DNA of 64,000 nt from Azolla caroliniana. Its lineage: Eukaryota > Plantae > Polypodiophyta. Under the pieces are notes generated by a model. It did not search any database. It was not told where the DNA came from and saw nothing but the letters and a program-made list of their open reading frames with translations. The position numbers were made by a program, and so were the translations under genes. Of this stretch, positions 46,701 through 58,829 are shown in pieces. The stretch's first letter is position 1. Each line of letters begins with the position of its first letter. The stretch covers positions 2,728,001 through 2,792,000 of the forward strand of contig JBHGNT010000022.1 of NCBI GenBank assembly GCA_043228905.1. Reading direction: 5' to 3'.

Positions 46701-47869
46701 AAATACTACATTCATCATTCATTTCACGAAGTAAGTGAATTGGTAAGACTTTGGTCGAATAACCTGGGGGATCACAGGTATAACGGAAAAAGAAATTCTC
46801 CGTTTGCGTACTAGTTGACTTCAAAAGTCTCTAACTTGCGTCTTACCGGAGTATTGTTTCGACCAATGTTGAAAACCATATTCGTTGGGGTTAAGATTTT
46901 CTAGTAGCTTCTCTGGCATACAATTTCAAAATGACATACGGTGGATTAGTTAAGTTGATTGGAGCATTGTGCTAATAACTCGTAGGTTGTAGGTTCAACA
47001 TCGACATTGGCCATAAACAACTATTAGTTGCTTAAGACAGTCTTGTAGTATTAAGATTTTATGAAGAAGCAAGGCAATAAATATGAATTCATGAGATTTT
47101 ATCTCTTATGTTAAAAATTAGAAATTGGTACTGCTTCTCGTTTGTTACCATAAAAGGAATCTAAACCGAGACCTAGTTGCTTGTACTGGAAGTAACCGAT
47201 TGTTCGGGCCGAGCACTAATGGTCCGATGAAGTTTTGCGTGCTTTCACTTAACCGACATCTAAGGCCAATTAGCTCAGTTGGTTAGAGCATCATGCTAAT
47301 AACGCGAAGGCCATAGGTTCGAGACCTATATTGGCCATCATGAACATTATAGGTTAAAATGTCATCTAGAATATAAGGCTTAATGTATGAACGACGCAAT
47401 AAAATAATAATCCATGAAAGATGAAATAGTACATTCATTATTTCATAAAGTAGGTGAATTGGTAAGACTTTGGTCGAATAACCTGGGGGATCAAAGGCAT
47501 AACCTCGGGGATACAATTATAAAATTACACACGGTGGATTTGTTGAGTTGTTAGAGCATCGTGCTAATAACTCGTAGGTCGTACATTCGATATCGACATT
47601 GGCCATAAACAACGCTTCGTTGGTTAAGACGGTCGTTTAGTTTTTAAGATTTAATGAATAAGCAAGCCAATAAATATGAATTCATGAGAGTTCATGTTTT
47701 ATGTTAAAAATTAAAAATTCGTATTGTTACTTTCTTGTCACCATAAAAGTTCTTTCAACAGAGACCTATTTGTTAGGAATATTTCTCTCTATTGCGAGGA
47801 GCTGACTATTCAGGACGAGCATTAATTGTCCAATGAAACTTTGAGGGATCTTACTTAATCGACATTTAA

Positions 47870-47943
47870 GGCCAATTAGCTCAGTTGGTTAGAGCGTCGT
47901 GCTAATAACGCGAAGGTCATAGGTTCGAGACCTATATTGGCCA
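47870..47943 (+). tRNA. tRNA-Ile(AAT), array-consensus copy
   Basis: GGCCAATTAGCTCAGTTGGTTAGAGCGTCGTGCTAATAACGCGAAGGTCATAGGTTCGAGACCTATATTGGCCA; acceptor, D and T stems fully paired; core matches plant tRNA-Ile(AAU) as recalled. Confidence 0.82.
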
Positions 47944-48309
47944 TTATAAACATTCTTGGGTGAAATGTCATTATAAAAAGAAAACTCAAAGTATAAGCGA
48001 GCCAATAAAATAAGAATCCGTGAAAGATGAAATACTACATTCAACATTCCATGAAGTAGATGAATTGGTAAGGCTTCGGTCTTATAACTTGGGGGATCAT
48101 AGGCATAACCTAAAAAAACCTTCTCCTTTCGCGTGTTCGTTCACTTCAAATCTCTCTATCTTGCATGTTCTTTTTCCCAACGCATAACCTACATGTTGAC
48201 TAAAACTGGCTCTAACCGTAGTATGGTTTCGACCAATGTTGCAAATCACATTCGTTGGGGTTCAGATTTTCTAGTCGGTTCTCGGGGATAGAAATTTAAA
48301 ATGACATAC

Positions 48310-48383
48310 GGTGGATTAGTTGAGTTGGTTAGAGGATCGTGCTAATAACTCGTAGGTCGTAGGTTCAACATCGAGATTGGCCA
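48310..48383 (+). pseudogene. Example of the second, degenerate tRNA-Ile copy present in most units
   Basis: 74 nt, GGTGGATTAGTTGAGTTGG...CTAATAA...GGTTCAACATCGAGATTGGCCA; acceptor and T stems broken. Confidence 0.8.
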
Positions 48384-51185
48384 TAAAGATCTATTAGTTG
48401 GTTAAGGTGGTCGTGTAGTATTAAGATTTACTGAAGAAGGAAGGCAATAAATTTGAATTCATGAGAGTTTATCTTTTATGTTAAAAATTAGAAATTAAAT
48501 TTGAATTCATGAGAGTTTATCTTTTATGTGAAAAATTAGAAATTGGTACTGCTCCTTGTTTTTTACCATAAAAGGAATCTAAACCGAGACCTATTTGCTT
48601 GGATTGGCTAAGTAACCGATTGTTCGAGCCGAGCAGTAATGGTCCAATGAAATTTTGAAAGCTCTAACTTAACCGAGATCTAAGGCCAATTAGCTCAGTT
48701 GGTTAGAGCATCGTGCGAATAACACGAAGGTCGTAGATTCGAGACCTATATTGGCCATCATGAACATTATAGGTTGAAATGTCATCTAGAATATAAGGCT
48801 TAAAGTATAAACAACGCAATAAAATAAGAATCCACGAAAGAGCAAATAGTACATTCATCATTTCATGAAGTAGGTGAATTGGTATGACTTTGGTCGAATA
48901 ACCTGGAGGATTAAAGCCATAACCTGGGGTATACAAATTTAAAATTACACACGGTGGATTTGTTGAGTTGTTTGACCATCGTGCTAATAACTGGTAGGTC
49001 GTACATTCGATATCGACATTGGCCATAAACAACGCTTAGTTGGTTAAAACGGTCGTTTAGTTATTAAGATTAAATGAAAAAACAAGCCAATAAATATGAA
49101 TTCATGAGAGTTGATGTTTTATGTTAAAAATTAGAAATTAAATGAATAAACAAGGCAATAAATATGAATTCATCAGAGTTGATGTTTTATGTTAAAAATT
49201 AGAAATTCGTACTACCACTTTCTTGTTACCATAAAAGTTCTTTCAACCGAGACCTATTTGTTAGGAATATTTCTCTCTATTGGGAGGAGCTCACTATTCC
49301 GGCCGAACATTGATTGTCCAATGAAACTTTTAGGCATCTTAATTAATTGACATTTAAGACCAATTAGCTCAGTTGGTTAGAGCGTCGTGCTAATAACGCG
49401 AAGGTCATAGGTTCGAGACCTATATTGGCCATTATAAACATTCTTGGGTGAAATGCCATTTGGAAAATAAAATTAAAACTATAAGCGAGCCAATAAAATA
49501 AGAATACGTGAAGGATGAAATACTACATTCAACATTCCATGAAGTAGATAAATTGGTAAGGCTTCGGTCGAATAACTTGGGGGATCAGAGGCATAACCCA
49601 AAAAAACCTTCTCCTTTTACATGTTGGTTCACTTCAAATGTCTCTATCTTGCATGTTCTTTTTCCCAACGCATAACCTGCATGTTGACTTAAACTTGCTC
49701 TAACCGGAGTATTGTTTTGACTAATATTGCAAATCACATTCGTTGGGGTTAAGATTTTTTAGTAGGTTCTCGGGGATAGAAATATACAATTGCATACGGT
49801 GGATTAGTTGAGTTGGTTAGAGGATCCTGCTAATAACTCGTAGGTCGTAGGTTCAACATCCAGTAGTTGGTTAAGACGGTCGTGTAGTATTAAGATTTTA
49901 TGAAGAGGGAAGGCAATAAATATGAATTCATGAGAGTTTATCTTTCATGTTAAAAATTAGAAATTGATACTGCTCCTTGTTTGTTACCATAAAAGGAATC
50001 TAAACCGAGACCTATTTGCTTGGAATGGCTAAGTACCTGATTGTTCGGGCCGAGCAGTAATGGTCCAATGAAATTTTGAGAGCTCTAACTGACATCTAAG
50101 GCCAATTAGCTCAGTTGGTTAGAGCATCGTGCTAATAACGCGAAGGTCGTAGGTTCGAGACCTATATTAGCCATCATAAACCTTGGTAAGGCTTTGGTTG
50201 AATAACTTGGGGGATCAAAGGCATAACCAAAAAAAACTTTCTCGTTTTGCGTGTTGGTTCACTTCAAATGTCTCTATCTTGCATGTTCTTTTTCCCAACG
50301 CATAACCTGCATGTTGACTTAAACTGGCTCTAACCGGAGTATGGTTTCGACCAATGTTGCAAATCACATTCGTTGGGGTTAAGATTTTCTAGTAGGTTCT
50401 CGAGGATAGAAATTTACAATGGCATACGGTGGATTAGTTGAGTTGGTTAGAGGATCCTGCTAATAACTCGTAGGTCCTAGGTTCAACATCGAGATTGGCC
50501 ATAAACAACTATTAGTTGGTTAAGACGGTCGTGTAGTATTAAGATTTTATGAAGAACCAACGCAATAAATATGAATTCATCAGAGTTTATATCTTATGTT
50601 AAAAACTAGAAATCGGTATTGCTACTTCTTTATTACCATAAAAAGTCTTTAAACATAGACCTATTTGTTTCTACTGGAAGTCGGATGAGTTTATATCTTA
50701 TGTTAAAAACTAGAAATCGGTATTGCTACTTCTTTATTACCATAAAAAATCTTTAAACATAGACCTATTTGTTTCTACTGGAAGTAGCCGATTGTTCAGG
50801 ACGAGCACTGAGGGTCGAATGAAGTTTTGAGAGCTCTAACTTATCCGACATGTAAGGCCAAATTGCTTAATTGGTTAGAGCATCGTGCTAATAACACGAA
50901 GGTCATAGGTTCGAAACCTATATTGGCTATTATAAACATTCGTCGCAAGAATGTCATTTACAAAATAAAACTCACAGTATAAGCGAGCCAATAAAATAAG
51001 AATACGTAAAAGATGAAATACTACATTCATCATTCATATCACGAAGTCCAATGAAGTTTTGAGAGCTCTAACTTAACCGACATCTAAGGCCAATTAGCTA
51101 AGTTGGTTAGAGCGTCGTGCTAATAACGTGAAGGTCGTAGGTTCGAGACCTATATTGGCCATCATAAACACTTTAGGTTAAAATG

Positions 51186-51773
51186 TGACGGGAACTAAAA
51201 CGCTCCTTCTACACGATGCTCGGCCACAACCGAGCTTAGAATCATACACAGAAAATGGGAAATAATGAACGACACGAAGAGGAGACGAGTACGCAGGATG
51301 TTTATGTGGAAAACCCAAACTAAGGGGAAAACCCACGACAAACTATCACTATGTTAGAATGTACAACAGTGAGTTCACGGAGGCTACAACCTCGTGCTCA
51401 CGATCCTCGCCACAGACGGCGGTTACAACAGAGGCAACGACCTCTCTCTCTCTCTCTCTCTCTGTAGTTATGCGCTCTCTCTTTTCTTGCACCAATAAGA
51501 ATGACAACCACTACTAAAAGTTTGCCCTAAGTCATATTTATAGTAATATGACTTTTCGGCTATTTACAAATGTAGCCACGATGGACTCTCATAAACATAT
51601 TTACAAATATGTCTCTTCATCCGGAGAGCACTTCTCACCGGGTCTGCACCATCCGGCTCTCCATAGTCGGGTACTCCTCATCCAGTTTCGGCCTCGGCCT
51701 ATCGGCCTCGGCTGAGTTTGCTTATCAGCATTGTTCTTCTCCCTTCCCATCCGGAGGGACCTGTCTCCCAACA
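51186..51773 (-). repeat. Solo LTR (588 bp)
   Basis: TG...CA ends; TSD AAATG (51181-51185, 51774-51778); minus-strand TATAAAT near 51536-51542; array collinear on both sides. Confidence 0.85.
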
Positions 51774-53989
51774 AAATGTCATATAAAATATAAGGCTTAA
51801 AGTATAAACGACGCAATAAAATAAGAATCCGTGAAAGATGAAATATTACATTCAACATTCCATGAAGTAGATGAATTGGTTAGACTTTGGTCGAATATCT
51901 TGGGGCTTCCGAGGTATAACGGAAAAACATCTTCTCCTTTTGCGTACTAGTTGACTTCAAAGGCCTCTATCTTTCGTCTTATTTTTCCCAATACACAACT
52001 TGCATGTTGACTTAAACTTTGTGTAACCGGAGTATTATTTCGACCAATGTTGGAAATAACATTCGTTGGGGTTATGATTTTCTAGTAGCTTCTCGAGGAT
52101 AGAAATGTAAACGGACATATGGTGGATTAGTTGAGTTGGTTAGAGCATCGTGCTAATAACTCGTACGTCGTAGGTTCAACATCAACATTGGCCATAAACA
52201 ACGCTTAGTTGGTTAAGAGAGTCGTGTAATTATAAAGATTTAATGAATAAGCAAGGCAATAAATATGAATTCATGGGAGTTGATATTTTATGTTAAAAAT
52301 TAGAAATTGGTACTGCTACTTTCTTGTTACCATAAAAGGTCTCTCAACCGAGACCTATTTATTACGAATATTTCCCTCTATTGGGAGGAGCTGACTCTTC
52401 GGGCTGAGCATTGATGGTCCAATGATGTTTTGAGGGATCTAACTTAATCGGTATTTAAGGCCAATTAGCTCATTTGGATAGAGCGTTGTGCTAATAACAC
52501 GAAGGTCATAGGTTCGAGACCTATATTGGCCATTATAAACATTCTTGGGTGAAATGCCATTTGGAAAATAAGATTAAAAGTATAAGCGAGGCAATAAAAT
52601 AAGAAACCGTGAATGATTGAATACTACATTCAACATTCCATGAGGTAGATGAATTGGTAAGACTTTGGTCGAATAACCTGGGGGTTCAGAGGTATAACGG
52701 AAAAAAATCTTCTCCTTTTGCATACTGGTTGAGTTCAAAGGTCTCTATCTTGTGTCTTATTTTTCTAGTTGACTTGAAAGGTCTCTATCTTGCGTCTTAT
52801 TTTTCCCAACGCACAACTTGGTTGTTGACTTAAACTGTGTCTAACCAGAGTATTATTTCGACCAATGTTGAATATAACATTCATTGGGGTTAAGATTTTC
52901 TTGTAGCTTCTCGGGGATAGAAATTTAAAATGACATACGGTGGATTAGTTGATTTGGTTAGAGCATCTTGCTAATAACTCGTAGGTCGTAGGTTTTACAT
53001 CGACATTGGCCAGAAACAACGCTTAGTTGGTTAAGACAGTCGTGTTGTTATTAAGATGTAATGAATAAGCAAGGCAATAAATATGAATTCATGAGAGTTA
53101 ATATTTTATGTTAAAAATTAGAAATTTGTACTGCTACTTGCTGGTTACCATAAAAGGTCTCTCAACCGAGACCTATTTGTTAGGAATAATTCCCTCTATA
53201 GCGGAGGAGCTGATTGTTGAGGCCAAGATGTGCCGACAGTCAAAAACTAGGAGGAGCCAATTGTTGGGGCCGAGCACTGATAGTCCAATGATGTTTTGAG
53301 GGATCTAACTTAACTGACATCTAAGGCCAATACAAAAATGTTAGGACGGCCATCAAGATCCTTTCCCCGAAAAGGAAAACATTCGATATTGAAATCACAT
53401 AATAACTTATATACACATATGTATATTATCACATATATACGATCAAATATGTATACATGTGACCACCTGCATATATAAAAGAAATCGTAATATGAAATAG
53501 CCAAAAATGATGTAATCGTAATACACAATTGAGGTATTGACCTCATACACATACGACACCAAACGCATATGATTTACATACAAATCAAGGTAATGACCTC
53601 ATACGCAAACGTTTTATATGTTTGTGAACGTAATACGTAATTGAGGTATTAACCTCGTACGCATACGACGCTAATCACATATTAAATATATGTCAAATGA
53701 GGTATTGAGCTCGTGCACATATGTAAACCTTTTATATAACCAATTAATTACCACTACAACATCATTGAATTAATGTAAAAAAAGAATTACATATGATCAT
53801 ATACATGATTAGAATGGAGAAGAAAAAATAAAATAAAATAACAAGAAAGATTACCGAAGTTCCTTTGTTGATCGTTCCAATTGCTTGTGTTGACAATACT
53901 CCCATTACCATTATTAAATCACCAAGTACTCAGGAATGTTTCTCCAATTGGGTGATTCTCAAGAACCAAAACCCAAAAACCTTTAGTTT

Positions 53990-56679
53990 GGATCAGTAAA
54001 CTTGCAATTTCCAAAAATATAAGATATCATGACTATATTCTTCCATTAATGACATTCATTTACTTGATCTTATTTTGAATGGAATATGTCAACTAGTTTC
54101 TTGAATTCATATATTTTGCCTTGCTTATTCTTTAAATATTAACATAAAAATGACCTTCTAGCTAACGATGTTGATGGTGGCCAATGTAGGTCCGAACCTA
54201 CAACCTTCGCATTATTTCCATGACGCTCTAAACAACTGAGGTAAATGGTGTTATGTGGCTTTTAAATTTTAAACCTCCACAACCTTCTTTAAAAAGTATT
54301 AATCCCACGAAATGTTATTTCCAACATTGGCATAAATAGGTTGTGGTTGAGAAACCTTTTATAGTAACCAGCAAGCCATGCATTGGAGTATATCTTTCAC
54401 AAGCACTAAATAGGTGAAGAATTTTTCCAATATGTAGATATGAACCTTCATGTTATTACACCAAAGAGTTGGAAAATCACCTTGTTGATCCAATTTCCGA
54501 TTTTGAAATACTGTGTAATGTTATTTCCGACATTGGCACAAATAGGTCTCGGTTCAGAGAACTTTTATGGTAACTAGCAAATCATCCTTGTTCGATAACT
54601 AGCAAGTCATGCATTGGAACAAGCAGTACCAATTTCTAATGTCGAACGTAATATCTCAATTTTCATGAATTTATATTTATTGCCTTGCTTATTCTTTAAA
54701 TCTTAATACCTACACCACCTTCTTAACCAACTACGTTTTTTATGGCATGTGTCGGTGTCAAACCTACGACCTACAAGTTATTAGCATAATTCTCTAACCA
54801 ACTCAACTAATCCACCGTATGTCTTTTTAAATTTCTATCCCCCTGAACCTACGAGAGAATCTTAATCCCAACGAATGTTATTTCTAACATTGGTCGAAAT
54901 AACACTACGGTTAGAGACCATTTAAGTCAACATGCAAGTTGTGCATTGGGAGAAATAAGATGCAAGATAGAGATCTTTTAAGTCAACCAGCACTCAAAAG
55001 GAGAAGATTTTTTTCCGTTATACCTCTGAACCCCCAGGTTATTAGACTAAAGTCTCCTACTTCATAAAATGTTGAATGTAGTATTTCATCTTTCAAGTAG
55101 ATTCTTTTTTTATTGCCTCGCTTATTCTTTGAGTCTTATGTTCTAGATGATATTTTAACCAAAAAAGTTGATGATGGCTAATATAGGTCTCGAACCTATG
55201 ACCTTCGCGTTATTAGCATGACTCTCTAACCAATTAAGCTAATTGGCCTATTATTTATAATAATACCCAAGGCTTCCAGGAAAGTTCACACTTGGCCTAA
55301 TGGGTTATCTCAATCTAGAGGATTAAAAGTAATCATCCCCTTCTTTACACTCTCGTTTAACCCTCACACTTATCCATGTGTATAGAATACTACGGTAAAT
55401 TCTCACCACGGGATAATATATGGCCATGCCCGTAACAGACACAATTTAAGTCAACATGCAAGTTGTATGTTGGCAGAAATAAGACCCAAGATAGAGAGAG
55501 ACCTTTTAAGTCAATCAGTACTCAAAAGGAGAAGATTTTTTTCCATTATACCTTTGAACCCCGAGTTATTAGACCAAAGTCTCACCAATTCACCTACTTC
55601 ATGAAATTTTGAATGTAGTATTTCAACTTTCATGTTCTTTTTTTTATTGCATTGCTTATTCTTTGAGTCTTAAGTTCTAGATGACATTTTATCCAGTCTA
55701 GCTCTAAAACTTAGATCGCTTATGTTAATAGACCAAACATTCATCTACTTTATCTTTTTTGGAATGGAATATGTCCACAAGTTTCATGAATTCATATTCT
55801 TTGCCTTGCTTATTCTTTAAATATTGACATAAAAATGATCCTCTAGCTAACGATGCCATGTAGCTAACGATGCCATGTAGCTAACGATGCTTATCGTGGC
55901 CAATCTAAACCTACAACCTTCGCATTATTACCATGATGCTCTAAACAACTAAGCTAAATGATGTTACGTGGCTTTTAAATTTTACCTCCACAACCTACTT
56001 TAAAAAATCTTAATCCCACTGAATGTTATTTCCAACATTGGCATAAATAGGTTGCGGTTAAGAAACCTTCTATAGTAACCAGCAATCCATGCATTGGAGT
56101 GTATCTTTCACAAGAACTAAATAGGTGAAGAATTTTTCCAATATGTATATATGAACATTCACATTATTCCACCAAAGCGTCGGCAAATCACCCAGTTGAT
56201 CCAATTTCCGATTTTGAAATCCTGTGTAATGTTCTTTCTAAAATTGCCACAAATAGGTCTCGGTTGAGAGACCTTTTATGATAACCAACAAGTCATGCAC
56301 TGGTACAAATTTCTAATTTCGAACGTAATATATCAACTTTCATGAATTCATATTTATTGCCTTGCTTATTCATTAGATCTTAATACCTACGTTGTTTATG
56401 GCTAGTGTTGGTGTTGAACCTACGACCTACATGTTATTAGCAAATTGCTATAACCAACTCAACTAGAGAATCTTAATACCAATCAATGTTACTTCCAACA
56501 TTGATCAAAGTAATACTCCGGTTAGACACAAGTGAACATGCAAGTTTTGTGTTGGCAGAAATAAGACCCAAGATAGAGAGAGAACTTTTAAGTCAACCAG
56601 TACTCAAAAGGATAAGATTTTTTTCTGTTATACCTGTGATCCCCCAGGTTATTAGACCAAAGTCTCACCAATTCACCTA
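53990..56679 (-). repeat. Inverted, more diverged segment of the tRNA-Ile array
   Basis: Reverse-complement units; tRNA-Ile-like copy at 55175-55248(-); blocks ~54050-54810 and ~55740-56465 are duplicates. Confidence 0.88.
55249..55437 (-). repeat. Possible LTR 5' fragment
   Basis: Non-array sequence; minus strand begins TGTTACGGG and ends at a TATA-like TTATAAATA. Confidence 0.35.
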
Positions 56680-56960
56680 CAATAAACATTCGGTTAAGTG
56701 TGTATCCACTTAAGTAAACCATTCTATTAAGTGCGCTTTTTTTAGAGGTCAAAATCTAGATCAAATAAATTCCATTATTTTAGGATGAAATTACATCTGA
56801 CCAAATAGAAATTTGTTCCAATCATTTAGAAAACAACAAAATGATCAACAAAAATATGATTTTCAATCTTTCTCTACTTCATACCAAAATCACGTAAGGT
56901 CATTTGCCTACTTTTAGCGATACGCTTAGAAACAATGGCAGAATTTGTTTCTTGAATGAT

Positions 56961-58829
56961 TCAACGAGCACTTGATAAAGTTGATTGTACTTGCTTTGCT
57001 TTTTTGGAACTCAAGTAAGTTGTTGTTCTGATTGAATTTAGCTTGAGTTCACAATCAACAATATCTTTCAAGAGTTCAGGAATAATCACATCTTCTTCCT
57101 TTAAGCATCCATGCATATCTTGAATCTCAACGAACTCGGAATCTGAATTGTTTTCATCATATGGAAGTGGTTCATTGGCATTGGAAGCTTGTGTTATAAC
57201 TTCATCAATCCCTTCAAGGAGATTTTGATTAAGTTTTTCTGATTCATTTGAATCTGCATTTACACATTCCATGATCTCATCTCGAATTTCTTCTACATGT
57301 GCATTTTCAAACAAAGTGCAATTGCATAGCAAAGCAACAAGATCATCAATCCATTGATCTTCCATTTCTCCGTCTTCTGAATCAACATCATTAGCACGAA
57401 ATGATGGAATAATATCTGCCTTTCTATAGCAATTAAAAATGGTATCTTGCTTGATCTCATTCTAAGCAATAACAATGAGATTTGCGGCATCTAGCAAATG
57501 TGGTGACTTTCCAAAAGCTAAACCAATAGAGCCTCTTCTCATACGTTTAACGACATCTTCCAAATGAATCTTAACATAATCTGGACTATCATGATATGTC
57601 AAGATTTCTCTTATCAAATGATATTTATACCTCTTTTTCAAAGCTGCAATGATTCCCATATCCATCGGTTGCTTCCAAGATGTGACATTTGCTGGGGAAA
57701 AAATCACTTTGATAGCATCACGCTCAAATGCTTCGGCATGACCAGGTGCATTATCAAGGATTAAAACCACTTTGCGATTAGTTTGAGAATGAACAAATGG
57801 CACAAACACTTGATCAAACCACTTATTAAAGCAAGGGATATCAATCCAAGCATTTCTTTGCGCTACATAAGGCAATGGCCATGAATTTCCAACAATACAA
57901 GCTGGTTCTTTAGCCTTTCCAATCATAGTAATTGGAACTTTTTCAGTTCTAATTGCATTACAACAAACAACTAAGGTAACTCTATCTAACAATTTTTTCT
58001 TACCTCGAATTGTTGTCGATCTTCACTAGGCAAAAGCACTGTGTATCTTGGAGCTAATCGAAAAAACAAACCAGTTTCATCCATACTGTAAACATTGTTA
58101 GGATCATACTCATTGCCTATAGCATAAAGCCTTTCCAAAGAAGGCAACAATTCAGGATCATTTCTATCAACTGCCCCTCCTTCACCATATAAATTAATAG
58201 TATTCAAACATTGATGATGACGAAATTTCCTAAACCAACCCCAAGTTGCTTTGAAGTCATCATCAGAAATGAATATATTCATTTCTGATGCCAATCATCG
58301 AGCCTTCTCCATAATAACAAATGGAGGCAATACAATTGACAATCGACGAGATGCATCAATCCAAGCATACAAGCGTTCCTCTAATTCAAGATATTTTCCT
58401 TTTGATCCTCTAAAAGTTTTTTTTCTTGCATTGTGATCTTTTTGTCGAGCACGCAATCGTATCTCGTCTTTCTTTTTTTTTTCCAAAAAAAGATACTACA
58501 TTAGTATTAGAAAACCGCCATAAGGCTAAACATACAAGCTATACCAATCCCCTATATTTTTCTAAAGTCTAACCATTGGCTTGAATAAACACTTTGGTGT
58601 TGAGTAGAACCACTCCACCTTACCAAAATACCGTCTATAAAATATACCTATGTCCCAAATGGCCGTCTTTCTTCTTGATCAAACTTCTAATAGCGGATTC
58701 ACTTACACCAAATTGTATATCTATGTTACGAAGAGAAGGAGATGATGGTTGTTCCACTAAATCTAAAATTTGTAGAATTTGTTCATCATTCAAACGAAGT
58801 CCAGCACCTCGCTTATGGGTTAAATTCAT
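56961..58829 (-). pseudogene. pogo-like transposase (HTH, CENP-B-type HTH, DDE_1), disrupted
   Basis: FGVSESAIRSL, LEERLYAWI, GWFRKFR, MDETGLFF, LILDNAPGH, QPMDMGII; stops, frameshift and an insertion. Confidence 0.9.
58475..58663 (-). mobile_element. Short retroposed insertion (LINE/SINE 3' end) inside the pogo transposase
   Basis: 10-bp TSD CGTCTTTCTT (58465-58474, 58664-58673) and a minus-strand poly(A) tail. Confidence 0.7.

Larger units (their letters stand above)
30077..53330 (+). repeat. Main tandem array of tRNA-Ile(AAT)-containing units (~0.5-0.8 kb, about 30 units, higher-order structure)
   Basis: GGCCAATTAGCTCAGTTGG heads at about 30239, 31364, 32037, 32791, 33390, 34446, 35895, 36670, 37148, 37910, 38389, 39157, 39783, 41640, 42204, 42972, 43814, 44488, 45255, 45777, 46541, 47264, 47870, 48684, 49358, 50100, 50856, 51088, 52459, 53324. 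Confidence 0.96.

Noticed and set aside
30077-53330. CRISPR-like or protein-coding interpretation of the regular repeats and their 60-110 aa ORFs
   Set aside because: Spacers are homologous to each other rather than unique, there are no cas genes, and the context is eukaryotic. The small ORFs are chance frames recurring with the repeat.
55844-55890. 17-bp motif TAGCTAACGATGCCATG repeated nearly three times
   Set aside because: Local slippage in one diverged array copy; single in the sister block near 54160.
56961-58829. Domesticated CENP-B-like gene serving the satellite
   Set aside because: Several stops, a frameshift, a retroposed insertion and a residual TIR indicate a dead transposon.
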